From: Clostridiales bacterium
GTDB lineage: Bacteria > Bacillota > Clostridia > Caldicoprobacterales > UBA3941
Length of the DNA: 64,000 nucleotides
Assembly (NCBI GenBank): GCA_012518535.1
Contig: JAAYRX010000220.1
Location: forward strand, 23,510-87,509
Direction of reading: 5' to 3'
Part shown: in pieces, positions 19,390 to 30,463 of the stretch
Numbering within the stretch: the stretch's first letter is position 1
How the letters are laid out: every line of letters begins with the position of its first letter
Notes under the pieces: generated by a model
What the model was told of the DNA's origin: nothing
The model's database searches: none
The model's input: only the letters and a program-made list of their open reading frames with translations
Program-made: the position numbers and the translations under genes

Positions 19390-19716
19390 ATGAGAAAAAG
19401 GGGCTTAAGACCAAGGGGAGATGGTAGACAAAGGACTAAACAGCATAAGATGAATTATCTGCATGGACATCACATATATGTTACCGATCATGCGGTAACC
19501 CGATACCGACAGCGGATAAAGAGGATCAGTCGTCAAAATGCGAAACATTCGATTATCGAGAATGTAAAGAGAAGCAGGCTTATAGCCTTAACGAAATATG
19601 GGGGACGGGAGATAAGGGAAAATCGCGGTGTGATCTATGTGTGTGAGCTTCAGGGCAATTATCTATATGTAATAACAATTCTTAACGGTGAAGTTGACTT
19701 AAGGTTTGTAGTCTAG
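19390..19716 (+). CDS. hypothetical small basic protein
   Basis: GGGGGAGG lies upstream of ATG 19390. Arg/Lys-rich N-terminus, then HHIYVTDHAVTRYRQRIKR. No confident family assignment. Confidence 0.5.
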   Translation: MRKRGLRPRGDGRQRTKQHKMNYLHGHHIYVTDHAVTRYRQRIKRISRQNAKHSIIENVKRSRLIALTKYGGREIRENRGVIYVCELQGNYLYVITILNGEVDLRFVV

Positions 19717-19860
19717 AAATAGTGATATAGGGACAATGCAGGGTATAGACCTGACTTGTCTCTATTTAATATTGTCGTTTTATGAAAATCTATGGCAATA
19801 TCCTGGATTAGGTAGTATAATATTAGCAATACAGAAATTAATTTACTAGAGGCGATAATA

Positions 19861-21294
19861 GTGAGAAACTTAACAATGTTGACAGATCTTTACCAGTTGA
19901 CCATGATGTATGGATATGACATAGCAGAGAAATCCGATGAAGTCGTGGTCTTTGATCTATTTTTTAGGAGGAATTCAGGGGAGAGTGCATATGCTGTTGC
20001 GGCTGGATTGGAACAGGCAATAGAATATATAGAAAACCTGCATTTCTCTGATGATGATATAGCATATCTTCGAGATTTGGGGATGTTCAATGCAGATTTT
20101 CTTAGAAAACTGGAGAATATTAGTTTTACGGGAGATATCGATGCTATTCCAGAAGGTACTGTAGTATTCCCGAACGAGCCCCTTATCCGAGTCAGGGCGC
20201 CAATATTTGAAGCACAGCTAATAGAAACCGCTTTGCTAAATATTGTAAACCACCAGACCTTGATTGCTACTAAAGCCAGTCGAGTTGTTCAGGCTGCACA
20301 AGGCGACAGCGTATTGGAGTTTGGACTAAGAAGGGCACAGGGCCCGGACGCTGGAATATATGGGGCCAGAGCCGCCATAATCGGAGGCTGTGATGCCACC
20401 TCCAATGTTTTAGCAGGTAAGATGTTTGATATCCCTGTCCAAGGTACCCATGCCCATAGTTGGATAATGAGCTTTCCTACTGAACTGGATGCCTTTAGGG
20501 CATATGCACAAGCTTTTCCGAATAGCTGTCTGCTGTTGGTGGACACCTATGACACCCTGAGAAGCGGTGTACCTAACGCCATAACGGTGTTCAAAGAATT
20601 GCGAGCAAAAGGACATGAGCCAGTGGGCATTCGCCTGGATTCAGGGGATTTGGCTTATTTAAGCAAGAAAGCAAGAAAGATGCTCAATGAAGCAGGTTTT
20701 CCCAACGCAAAGGTAGTGGCCTCCAGTGACCTGGATGAAGATGTTATTTGGGATCTGAAAGCCCAGGGAGCAGCTGTTGATGTTTGGGGGGTTGGGACCG
20801 CAATGATAACCAGTAAAAATTGTCCTGCTTTGGGTGGAGTGTACAAGCTGGTGGCTGAGGAAGTAAATGGCGAACTGGTTCCGAAGATAAAAATCTCTGA
20901 GAATGCATTTAAGATAACTAATCCAGGGTATAAAAAGGTATTTCGCCTTTATGATAAAGAAACCCATAAGGCAATTGCTGACTTGATAACCTTGGATCAT
21001 GAAACCATAGATGAGACAAAGCCCTTAACTATTTTCGATCCTGTTGATACATGGAAACGGATGACCTTAACAAATTTCAAGGCCAGGCAGTTATTGGTAC
21101 CTATATACAGAAGAGGGAGACGGGTATATGAGTTACCATCCCTTATGGACATTCAGGAATATACAAAAAAAGAGATGAGCACCTTATGGGCAGAATATAA
21201 ACGATTGACAAAGCCCCATGTGTACAAAGTAGACCTATCCAATGAACTGTATAATCTGAAGAATCGACTTTTGAAAGAACATACCTTCAAATAG
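19861..21294 (+). CDS. pncB: nicotinate phosphoribosyltransferase
   Basis: N-terminal LTDLYQLTMMYGY and the GTHAHSW region are typical of NAPRTase. Start is GTG 19861 or ATG 19876. Confidence 0.9.
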   Translation: MRNLTMLTDLYQLTMMYGYDIAEKSDEVVVFDLFFRRNSGESAYAVAAGLEQAIEYIENLHFSDDDIAYLRDLGMFNADFLRKLENISFTGDIDAIPEGTVVFPNEPLIRVRAPIFEAQLIETALLNIVNHQTLIATKASRVVQAAQGDSVLEFGLRRAQGPDAGIYGARAAIIGGCDATSNVLAGKMFDIPVQGTHAHSWIMSFPTELDAFRAYAQAFPNSCLLLVDTYDTLRSGVPNAITVFKELRAKGHEPVGIRLDSGDLAYLSKKARKMLNEAGFPNAKVVASSDLDEDVIWDLKAQGAAVDVWGVGTAMITSKNCPALGGVYKLVAEEVNGELVPKIKISENAFKITNPGYKKVFRLYDKETHKAIADLITLDHETIDETKPLTIFDPVDTWKRMTLTNFKARQLLVPIYRRGRRVYELPSLMDIQEYTKKEMSTLWAEYKRLTKPHVYKVDLSNELYNLKNRLLKEHTFK

Positions 21295-21303
21295 TAGAGG
21301 CAG

Positions 21304-21342
21304 GGACCTCCCCACATAATTGAAAGTGGGGAGGTCCTTTTA
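21304..21342 (+). terminator. rho-independent terminator of pncB
   Basis: GGACCTCCCCA / TGGGGAGGTCC 11-bp stem followed by TTTT. Confidence 0.8.
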
Positions 21343-21423
21343 CTATCACCCTTAAGCAATATAGCACATATTATGTATACATATTTCATATAGCTGCGTT
21401 GCAAGAAAATGGGTGGTGATAAC

Positions 21424-22311
21424 ATGAGGTTTGGTCTGGCTCTATCAGGTGGTGGTATAAGAGGAGTTGCACACATAGGTGTGTTAAAGGCCTTAGAAGA
21501 AGAGGGCCTGGTACCGTCATGGATAGCCGGCACCAGTGCAGGTAGTATAGTTGCAGGTCTCTATGCTTATGGTTACTCAACTCAAGAACTAGTGAGAATA
21601 GCCGTAGATCTTCAGCCAAAATATATAGATCCTAATTTTACGGGTTTGGCTCTTGGGTTTGGACAATGGATTATGGGAATGGAGCCCTGTGTTGATGGTG
21701 TGGTCAAGGGCAAGGCCATAGAAAAGTATCTGAAAAAATTGACGGATAGTGCCAGGATGAGCGATATAAGAATGCCCCTGGCCATAACGGCAGTCGATAT
21801 CAACAAGGCTGATTCTGTAATTTTCCTCAACAAGCGGATAAATACTCCGGATGACGATGATACCGTATATATATACGACATGTTTCTCTATAAAGCAATT
21901 AGGGCCAGTATTGCAATTCCCGTGATTTTCAAACCCATTATATTAGGGGGAAAACGCTTGGTTGATGGGGGAGTAACCAATAATCTTCCTATTGATGTTC
22001 TCAAAAGGATGGGGGCAAAAAAGGTAATAGGTGTGGATTTAGGGTATAATGGTCAGATTAGGAGTGACGTTGACAATATAATTGAAATTGGTAGTCAGGC
22101 ATTGGATATCATGGCATATCAGATTACCTCCTTTAAAAGTCATGGTGCTGATTATATACTGAGGCCTGGAATCTATGATGTTGCGATCAGAGATTCGCGG
22201 AAACTAATGGAATGCATTGATAGGGGTTATAATAGCACCAAAGAGAATATAAAAATGATAAGAAAGGCAATTATTAGTAGTCCTTCGACATCACTATTCT
22301 ACAGAATCTAG
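21424..22311 (+). CDS. patatin-like phospholipase
   Basis: Oxyanion GGGIRG, nucleophile elbow GTSAGS and the Asp of the dyad in VDGG. Confidence 0.85.
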   Translation: MRFGLALSGGGIRGVAHIGVLKALEEEGLVPSWIAGTSAGSIVAGLYAYGYSTQELVRIAVDLQPKYIDPNFTGLALGFGQWIMGMEPCVDGVVKGKAIEKYLKKLTDSARMSDIRMPLAITAVDINKADSVIFLNKRINTPDDDDTVYIYDMFLYKAIRASIAIPVIFKPIILGGKRLVDGGVTNNLPIDVLKRMGAKKVIGVDLGYNGQIRSDVDNIIEIGSQALDIMAYQITSFKSHGADYILRPGIYDVAIRDSRKLMECIDRGYNSTKENIKMIRKAIISSPSTSLFYRI

Positions 22312-22414
22312 ACCTGTATAGATGATATATTATAAATGGATATATAATTACATTGTTAACCCCTATGTAGCAAAACAGGAAGAAGCCCATATTCCAGGAG
22401 GTGCTGGCTTACCG

Positions 22415-22909
22415 ATGAAAAAATTTAGTGTATCCTTGTTTGGATATTGCAAGAAACAGGTAAACGCATATTTGCTGAGTCTAAGGAAGGATTACGAAAA
22501 AGAGCTATCCAAAAGCAAGGATAGATTGTGGGAAGTGAATGCAGAGAACAGAGAATTGAAGGCTAAATTATTGGAATATCAGGAAAAGCTATCTAGATAC
22601 GGAGAACAGGAATTGTATATTTCGAAGGCCTTAGTAAAAGCCGAAGAAAGCGCCCAGGAAATATTAAAAGAAAGCTATAAAAAAATGGAGATTGAAAGGG
22701 TTAAAATTAATCAGGAGAAGGAGAAATGGAAGACCAGGGAAAAGGAAATCATTGAACAACTTCTGGATTTTCAAAATAAGGCCTATGACCTGATGGAATC
22801 CTTCCAATCAGAGATCAATTACCTGACATCTAAGGAATTGATCTTGACTGATAGTGAAGACAATGACAGCCAGACCAGAATAAGCAAAGACTTAATAAGT
22901 ATCGGTTAA
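22415..22909 (+). CDS. DivIVA-domain coiled-coil protein
   Basis: AGGAGGTG RBS. FSVSLFGYCKKQVNAYLLSL resembles the DivIVA N-terminal motif. The remainder is heptad-rich. Confidence 0.55.
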   Translation: MKKFSVSLFGYCKKQVNAYLLSLRKDYEKELSKSKDRLWEVNAENRELKAKLLEYQEKLSRYGEQELYISKALVKAEESAQEILKESYKKMEIERVKINQEKEKWKTREKEIIEQLLDFQNKAYDLMESFQSEINYLTSKELILTDSEDNDSQTRISKDLISIG

Positions 22910-23183
22910 ATATAAGTGTAAAAGTTAGAGCCCCACTAGAGCCCTGATAACAAAGATCGGGGTTCTATCTTTTTTAGTGAGTTTATCATGGCGGCAGGAA
23001 CTTACTCTATTAACCTGGATAAGCCCTTGGATTCTACATCTGCCTTGCAAATAACACAAAAAGTGATAAAATACTAATCATGATTTATTGGATTTAAGTG
23101 TTATCAAGAGAAGGAATACAAAGCAATATTATACCATAACTGTAGGTTCGTCGATAATTGCGTGAATTTTGGAGGAAAACTTA

Positions 23184-23780
23184 TTGGACAAAAGGACTAA
23201 TATTAAATTGCTGATAGATATATTCATGACCTTCTTTAAGATAGGATCGGTTACCTTTGGTGGAGGGTATGCTATGATACCTATAATTGAGAGGGAGGTT
23301 ATAACCAATAAAGGCTGGGTGAAAAATGAAGAGGAGATTATTGATGTATTTGCAGTTTCGGAATCAATACCAGGTGCCATTGCAATAAACTCATCTACCT
23401 TTGTAGGCTATAAGATAGCGGGGAAATATGGTGCAATAGCGGCTATGTTGGGTGTAGTACTACCTTCATTTATTATTATCACCCTTATTGCGGCCTTCTT
23501 CTCAAAATTCCAAGACAACGAGATCGTACAGGCTGCTTTTATGGGTATTCGATCCGCTGTGGTAGCCCTGATTCTAATGGCGGCTATAAAGGTTGCCAAA
23601 AAAGCGGTAAAGGATAAGCTTTCAACCATAATTACTCTAGTAACCATATTATTGATACTCATCTTAGACATACACGCTATTTTCACTGTAATAGGCGGAG
23701 CTCTGATAGGGCTGATCGTATACTTTGCTGCCCCACATAAATTAGAGGATATTCATGAGGAAGGGGGTAATGGTAATTGA
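23184..23780 (+). CDS. chromate transporter (CHR) family, short-chain unit 1
   Basis: FKIGSVTFGGGYAMIP motif. GGAGG lies 8 nt upstream of TTG 23184 (tracked TTG 23169 is also possible). Confidence 0.75.
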   Translation: MDKRTNIKLLIDIFMTFFKIGSVTFGGGYAMIPIIEREVITNKGWVKNEEEIIDVFAVSESIPGAIAINSSTFVGYKIAGKYGAIAAMLGVVLPSFIIITLIAAFFSKFQDNEIVQAAFMGIRSAVVALILMAAIKVAKKAVKDKLSTIITLVTILLILILDIHAIFTVIGGALIGLIVYFAAPHKLEDIHEEGGNGN

Positions 23781-24361
23781 TATATATAAAACTCCTCCTT
23801 ACCTTTCTGAAGATAGGATTATTTAGCTTTGGTGGTGGCTATGCCATGATTCCAATGATAGAAAAGGAAATAGAAGGTAATGGCTGGCTGAGTGCTTCTG
23901 AGTTTTTTGATATCGTGGCTATTGCTGAGATGACCCCCGGACCTATAGCTGTAAATTCGGCCACATTTGTAGGTTATAAGACTGCAGGTTTTTTGGGAGG
24001 GCTTACGGCTACTATAGGTGTAGTTATACCATCCCTGGTTCTTATACTCATAATATCCAGGTTCTTTTTTAAGTTCCAAAAACACCCGCTAAACACCGCA
24101 GTCTTTTATGGGGTGCGACCTGTTATAGCCGGACTTATTGCAACAGCGGCTATTTTTGTATCGGAAACCGCGATTTTTAAAGGAAAGCTTACTACCAACC
24201 TTATCCTGAAGCTGTTTAGACATCCACTGGATATTATTAACGTTGGCAGTATTTTTATTTTTGCTGTCTCCCTCATTGCTCTAAGGAGAACAAAGCTTCA
24301 TCCCATACTGGTCATCGCCTTGTCAGGTGCTTTGGGGATACTAATTTTTTATGTATTATAA
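23777..24361 (+). CDS. chromate transporter (CHR) family, short-chain unit 2
   Basis: LKIGLFSFGGGYAMIP motif. TTGA overlap with unit 1. A paired short CHR arrangement is known from Bacillus ywrA/ywrB. Confidence 0.75.
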   Translation: MIYIKLLLTFLKIGLFSFGGGYAMIPMIEKEIEGNGWLSASEFFDIVAIAEMTPGPIAVNSATFVGYKTAGFLGGLTATIGVVIPSLVLILIISRFFFKFQKHPLNTAVFYGVRPVIAGLIATAAIFVSETAIFKGKLTTNLILKLFRHPLDIINVGSIFIFAVSLIALRRTKLHPILVIALSGALGILIFYVL

Positions 24362-24445
24362 TACTTCAAAAATATCAAGACAAAAGTGAAGAGTACTAAA
24401 CGTGTATTAAAGAAATTATAAAGAATTATGTAAGGGCGGGATAAA

Positions 24446-25564
24446 ATGCCACCGGTGAGCCTTCTAATAAAACCTGCATCCAGTAATTGCAATTTGAGAT
24501 GTAAGTATTGTTTTTATCATTCTGTAGCCGAAAACAGGGATGTAAGATCCTATGGAATTATGGATCTGGAAACCCTGGAGAATTTGGTTGAGAAAACTTT
24601 GAATTTTTCCGATGTTACCTGTACTTTTGCTTTTCAGGGTGGAGAGCCTACCCTGGCAGGGCTGCACTTTTTTGAAAAGCTGGTAGAGTTTCAAAAAAAG
24701 TATAATAAAAAGGGCGTAAAGATCAATAATACCATACAGACCAACGGTATGGTTATAGACGAAAAGTGGGCTAAATACCTATCAGATAACGATTTTCTGG
24801 TAGGGTTGTCCTTAGATGGAACCAAGGATATACATGACATGAATAGAGTAGACCCCAGCAATAAGGGTACCTTTAATAAAGTGATGAGAACCGTTGACCT
24901 GTTCAACAAATATGAGGTGGAATATAATATTCTATTTGTGGTAAATTCTTCCGTAGCCAGACATGTAACCAAAATTTATAATTTTTTCAAGAGAAACGAT
25001 TTTAGATTTATACAGTTTATTCCCTGTCTGGATCCTATGGGAGAAAAACCGGGAAGGAATCCCTATTCTTTAACACCCCAAAGATTTACAGACTTCCTAA
25101 AGACCTTATTTGACGCCTGGTATACCGATATAAAAAAAGGGGATATGATAAGTATTAGGTATTTTGATAACCTGCTTGGTATGATAATGGGGTATCCGCC
25201 AGAGAATTGCGGTATGTCTGGAATATGCCAAGTCCAGTTTGTGGTGGAAGCCGATGGAGGAGTATATCCCTGTGATTTTTATGTTATCGATGAATGGTAT
25301 ATGGGGAATCTTAAAACACAAGAACTGGACGAACTACGGGAATCTGAAACTGCCAGAAAATTTGTTGAAGTCTCAAGATATATTGATCCTAAATGCAGGC
25401 AATGTAAGTGGATAAACCTATGCAGGGGTGGTTGCAGGAGAAACAGGGAACCTTTTGTTGATAAAAAGCCTGTTCTAAATTACTTTTGCTCTTCCTATAT
25501 GGACTTTTTTGAATATGTCACTCCCAGACTATACGAATTAGCTATGCTGTTTAACAAAAGATAA
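24446..25564 (+). CDS. anaerobic sulfatase-maturating-enzyme-type radical SAM/SPASM protein
   Basis: MPPVSLLIKPASSNCNLRCKYCFY (CxxxCxxC), FQGGEPTL and C-terminal Cys clusters (CRQCKWINLCRGGC). Closely resembles the Clostridium AnSME sequence as I recall it. Confidence 0.8.
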   Translation: MPPVSLLIKPASSNCNLRCKYCFYHSVAENRDVRSYGIMDLETLENLVEKTLNFSDVTCTFAFQGGEPTLAGLHFFEKLVEFQKKYNKKGVKINNTIQTNGMVIDEKWAKYLSDNDFLVGLSLDGTKDIHDMNRVDPSNKGTFNKVMRTVDLFNKYEVEYNILFVVNSSVARHVTKIYNFFKRNDFRFIQFIPCLDPMGEKPGRNPYSLTPQRFTDFLKTLFDAWYTDIKKGDMISIRYFDNLLGMIMGYPPENCGMSGICQVQFVVEADGGVYPCDFYVIDEWYMGNLKTQELDELRESETARKFVEVSRYIDPKCRQCKWINLCRGGCRRNREPFVDKKPVLNYFCSSYMDFFEYVTPRLYELAMLFNKR

Positions 25565-25579
25565 TATGGAGAGAAGGCA

Positions 25580-25738
25580 GTGGATAAAATAGCTCAGGCA
25601 ATAAAGAAAATAGGACGAATATTATTGAACTATATCAAGCTGTTTCTAATTCCCTTTGTGTTTGTATTTATGATATTGGCCTTGTTGGTAAAGGGTATAA
25701 AAGTCCTTGCTAAGAAAATAATCCTAAATAGAGAATAG
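25580..25738 (+). CDS. possible 52-aa membrane peptide (not in ORF track)
   Basis: GTG start 3 nt after GGAGAGAAGG. Translates VDKIAQAIKKIGRILLNYIKLFLIPFVFVFMILALLVKGIKVLAKKIILNRE, with one TM helix. A terminator follows directly. Confidence 0.35.
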   Translation: MDKIAQAIKKIGRILLNYIKLFLIPFVFVFMILALLVKGIKVLAKKIILNRE

Positions 25739-25775
25739 ATAGGTAGGGTAGGCGATTTCGTCTACCTATTTTATT
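25739..25775 (+). terminator. rho-independent terminator
   Basis: ATAGGTAG / CTACCTAT stem followed by TTTTATT. Confidence 0.6.
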
Positions 25776-25796
25776 CTGTAGCACATAAGGCATAAT

Positions 25797-25839
25797 GTAA
25801 AAAGAGAAGAGTGGCTGTTATTCTACCAACTCTTCTCTT
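25797..25839 (-). terminator. rho-independent terminator of groEL
   Basis: AAGAGAAGAGT / ACTCTTCTCTT 11-bp stem. The U-run on the minus strand is the AAAAA at 25797-25801. Confidence 0.75.
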
Positions 25840-25886
25840 AAATACATGCATATTAGTTTTGCCGGTGTCTAATAAGAGGGTGTGTT

Positions 25887-27826
<1,940 letters not shown>

Positions 27827-27865
27827 TTATTACCCTCCTCTTTATGTAATTTATCTTAAAGATTG

Positions 27866-27892
27866 TTAGCACTCTTCATGGGTGAGTGCTAA
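27866..27892 (-). promoter_or_regulatory. CIRCE operator (HrcA binding site) of groESL
   Basis: Perfect TTAGCACTC-N9-GAGTGCTAA inverted repeat, 43 nt upstream of the groES start. Confidence 0.92.
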
Positions 27893-28207
27893 TCCAATTT
27901 ATAGTTTATAAAAAAGAGCATAGGTTGGCAAATGCTGTATTTAACGTATACTCGTGGTATTTGAGTAAAATGGGACACTATATTAAAATATCTCATGAAT
28001 ACTCTGAAAATCATCCGGATACAGCATAGCGTTATTTAGATTTCCGAGATCAGAACATGCTATTGACAAGGTTTCCAGATCCTGTTAGAATAATTGTCGC
28101 ATAAAAAATATAATAATCAACAGTTGGCAGTATAACAGAGGCGCAATCCACGATTGTTAATCCTATACAACACCAAAAGCCAACATGACATATAAAGAGG
28201 TAATAGC

Positions 28208-29863
28208 ATGCATAAAGTAATACGGGATTTTGGATCTAAGAAGGGTAAGGCGTTAATATACTTTTTACCCTTGGCTATATTGGTGTTTCTGGCTGCAACA
28301 TTCCCCTTAAATAAGGTGCATAGAAACATTACTTTAGAAGCAGGGGCGGATACCCCGGAGTTCTCTCATTTTATTAAAGATGAGGAAACCGAGGGGGAGA
28401 TCATTACAGATTTATCGAAAATTAACATGTCTGAACCGGGAAATTACAGGATTAAAATAAAAATTGGTGCGCTGTCATTCCACTCCAAGTTAAGAATACA
28501 GGATACCATTCCCCCAACAGGCAGGATATCGGATCTGGATATACCTTTCGGTAAGACCGTTGAAGCGAAGGATTTTGTTACGGAGATATCAGATGTTACA
28601 CAAGTCACTGTTTCCTTTCTGGAAGAGCCAGATTTTGACTCTATAGGTGAGCAGGATGTAAGTATAGTTTTAGAGGATGCCGGTAAGAACAAGACCGTAT
28701 ATACAGCCAAGCTATATATAGGTAAGGTGTATAGAACGGTGAATGTAGAGTTGGGTACAGAGAAATTGGATATCAGGGATTTCCTCATGGATGACATCTT
28801 CGAGGGCGATTTTATAACCGATGTCTCTGTCATCAATCTAAAGGAACCTGGAACCCACGCTATTTCTATAGAAGTAGATGGGGATGTATATTCATCACAA
28901 TTAGAAATCGTTGATACAACCCCTCCAAAGGCTAAAGTAGTAAACCAATTCATATGGGCCAATGAAAAAATATCTCCTGATGCCTTTGTTAAGGATATAT
29001 TGGATTATAGCGATGTAAGAGTTATTTTTGGAGAAGAACCCGATTTTAGCCTGGCAGGAATGCATAAGATTTCCATAATTTTGGAAGATACGAGCAGAAA
29101 CAGAACTGAGATGGCCGCATACCTGACAATCAGGGAGGATACCGAGCCACCAGTTATAGAAGGCCTTGAGGATATGACCATTTATGCGGGCGAAAGGGTT
29201 TCCTACAGAAAGAATGTAAGGGTTACGGATAATAGGGATGCCGATGTTGAATTAATTATTGATAGCAGTAAAGTGAATTTAAAAAAGACAGGGAAATATG
29301 AGGTAACCTATGTTGCGACCGATACTGTCGGCAATACTACTACAGAAACAATAACAATCACCGTATTGAATAAGCCATGGGACTATGTGGATCCTGAGGA
29401 ATTGGATAAACTGGCCGACAGCGTTTTGGATAGCATTATTAAGGATGAAATGTCAGACAAGGAGAAACTCAAAGCTATTTTTCAATGGACTAAGAGACGA
29501 ATTTCATATACTGGTAGTAGATATAAGGAAAATTGGATGTGGGCTGCTGTTCAAGGTATAAAAAAAGGGTCTGGGGATTGTTTTACCTATTATGGGACTG
29601 CCAGAGCTTTGTTAACAAGAGCTGGCTTTGAGAATTTATGTATTACACGTATTGATAAAACCCATTACTGGAACTTAGTAAAATACAACGGGAATTGGTA
29701 TCATTTTGACACATGTCCCCATAACAGCAAATACCCATTTGATGGGTTTCTGCGAACGGATGCGGAAGTGGCAGAATACTCTAGAAAAAGAAAAGATAAG
29801 AGGGGCTATTATAATTTTAACAAAAACCAATATCCTGCAACACCGGATGAGCCCTTAGAATAG
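28208..29863 (+). CDS. TM-anchored protein with Ig-like repeats and a C-terminal transglutaminase-like core (paralog 1)
   Basis: N-terminal TM helix. Two similar modules bounded by DTIPPTG / DTTPPKA / DTEPPVI. DUF5011-like Ig domain (VTDNRD..VATDTVGN). Cys-His-Asp core GSGDCFTYY .. HYWN .. HFDT. Confidence 0.7.
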   Translation: MHKVIRDFGSKKGKALIYFLPLAILVFLAATFPLNKVHRNITLEAGADTPEFSHFIKDEETEGEIITDLSKINMSEPGNYRIKIKIGALSFHSKLRIQDTIPPTGRISDLDIPFGKTVEAKDFVTEISDVTQVTVSFLEEPDFDSIGEQDVSIVLEDAGKNKTVYTAKLYIGKVYRTVNVELGTEKLDIRDFLMDDIFEGDFITDVSVINLKEPGTHAISIEVDGDVYSSQLEIVDTTPPKAKVVNQFIWANEKISPDAFVKDILDYSDVRVIFGEEPDFSLAGMHKISIILEDTSRNRTEMAAYLTIREDTEPPVIEGLEDMTIYAGERVSYRKNVRVTDNRDADVELIIDSSKVNLKKTGKYEVTYVATDTVGNTTTETITITVLNKPWDYVDPEELDKLADSVLDSIIKDEMSDKEKLKAIFQWTKRRISYTGSRYKENWMWAAVQGIKKGSGDCFTYYGTARALLTRAGFENLCITRIDKTHYWNLVKYNGNWYHFDTCPHNSKYPFDGFLRTDAEVAEYSRKRKDKRGYYNFNKNQYPATPDEPLE

Positions 29864-29995
29864 ATATATCACAGAAACAAGTGAAAAGTTGAAGTATCAT
29901 AGAACATGGATTATTAGGATTTCAGCTTAATCATTGAATAGTGTATTATATAACTTCCTTAAGGAAGTTGAATTTGCAATATTGGGGGACTTAAT

Positions 29996-30445
29996 TTGGA
30001 TAAGTGGGACAAAAGGTTTATGGAAATGGTAAAGGTCATAGCTGGATGGTCCAGTTGTTATCAGCATAATAGAAAGATTGGCGCCATCATAGTAAAAAAC
30101 AAAAGGATATTAACGACGGGATACAATGGAGCACCTTCAGGTTATCCCAGTTGTGTAGAGCGGCAGGAATGCATAAGAAGGATAAGAAATATCCCATCAG
30201 GAACTAAACATGAATACTGTTACGCCATCCATGCTGAACAGAATGCTATCGTCCAGGCCGCGAAATTGGGGGTATCTATAGATGGAGCTACCCTGTACTG
30301 CACTCATCAACCTTGTGTAATCTGTGCAAAATTAATAGTAAACAGTGGTATTATTCGAGTGGTATACGAAGAACCATACCCCGATAGCCTGGCTACAGAA
30401 ATATTGGAGGCTGTCGGGGTTAGTCTTGAAAGGTATATTGAATAA
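29996..30445 (+). CDS. comEB: dCMP deaminase (ComEB-type)
   Basis: Zinc motifs HAEQNAI and PCVICAKLI. TTG start with GGGGGA upstream. Confidence 0.85.
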   Translation: MDKWDKRFMEMVKVIAGWSSCYQHNRKIGAIIVKNKRILTTGYNGAPSGYPSCVERQECIRRIRNIPSGTKHEYCYAIHAEQNAIVQAAKLGVSIDGATLYCTHQPCVICAKLIVNSGIIRVVYEEPYPDSLATEILEAVGVSLERYIE

Positions 30446-30463
30446 GCAGGACAGGTTATGATC

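Noticed and set aside
29951-29968. AACTTCC-TTAA-GGAAGTT hairpin after the first transglutaminase-like gene.
   Set aside because: The stem is short and has no following U-run. It is too weak to call a terminator.
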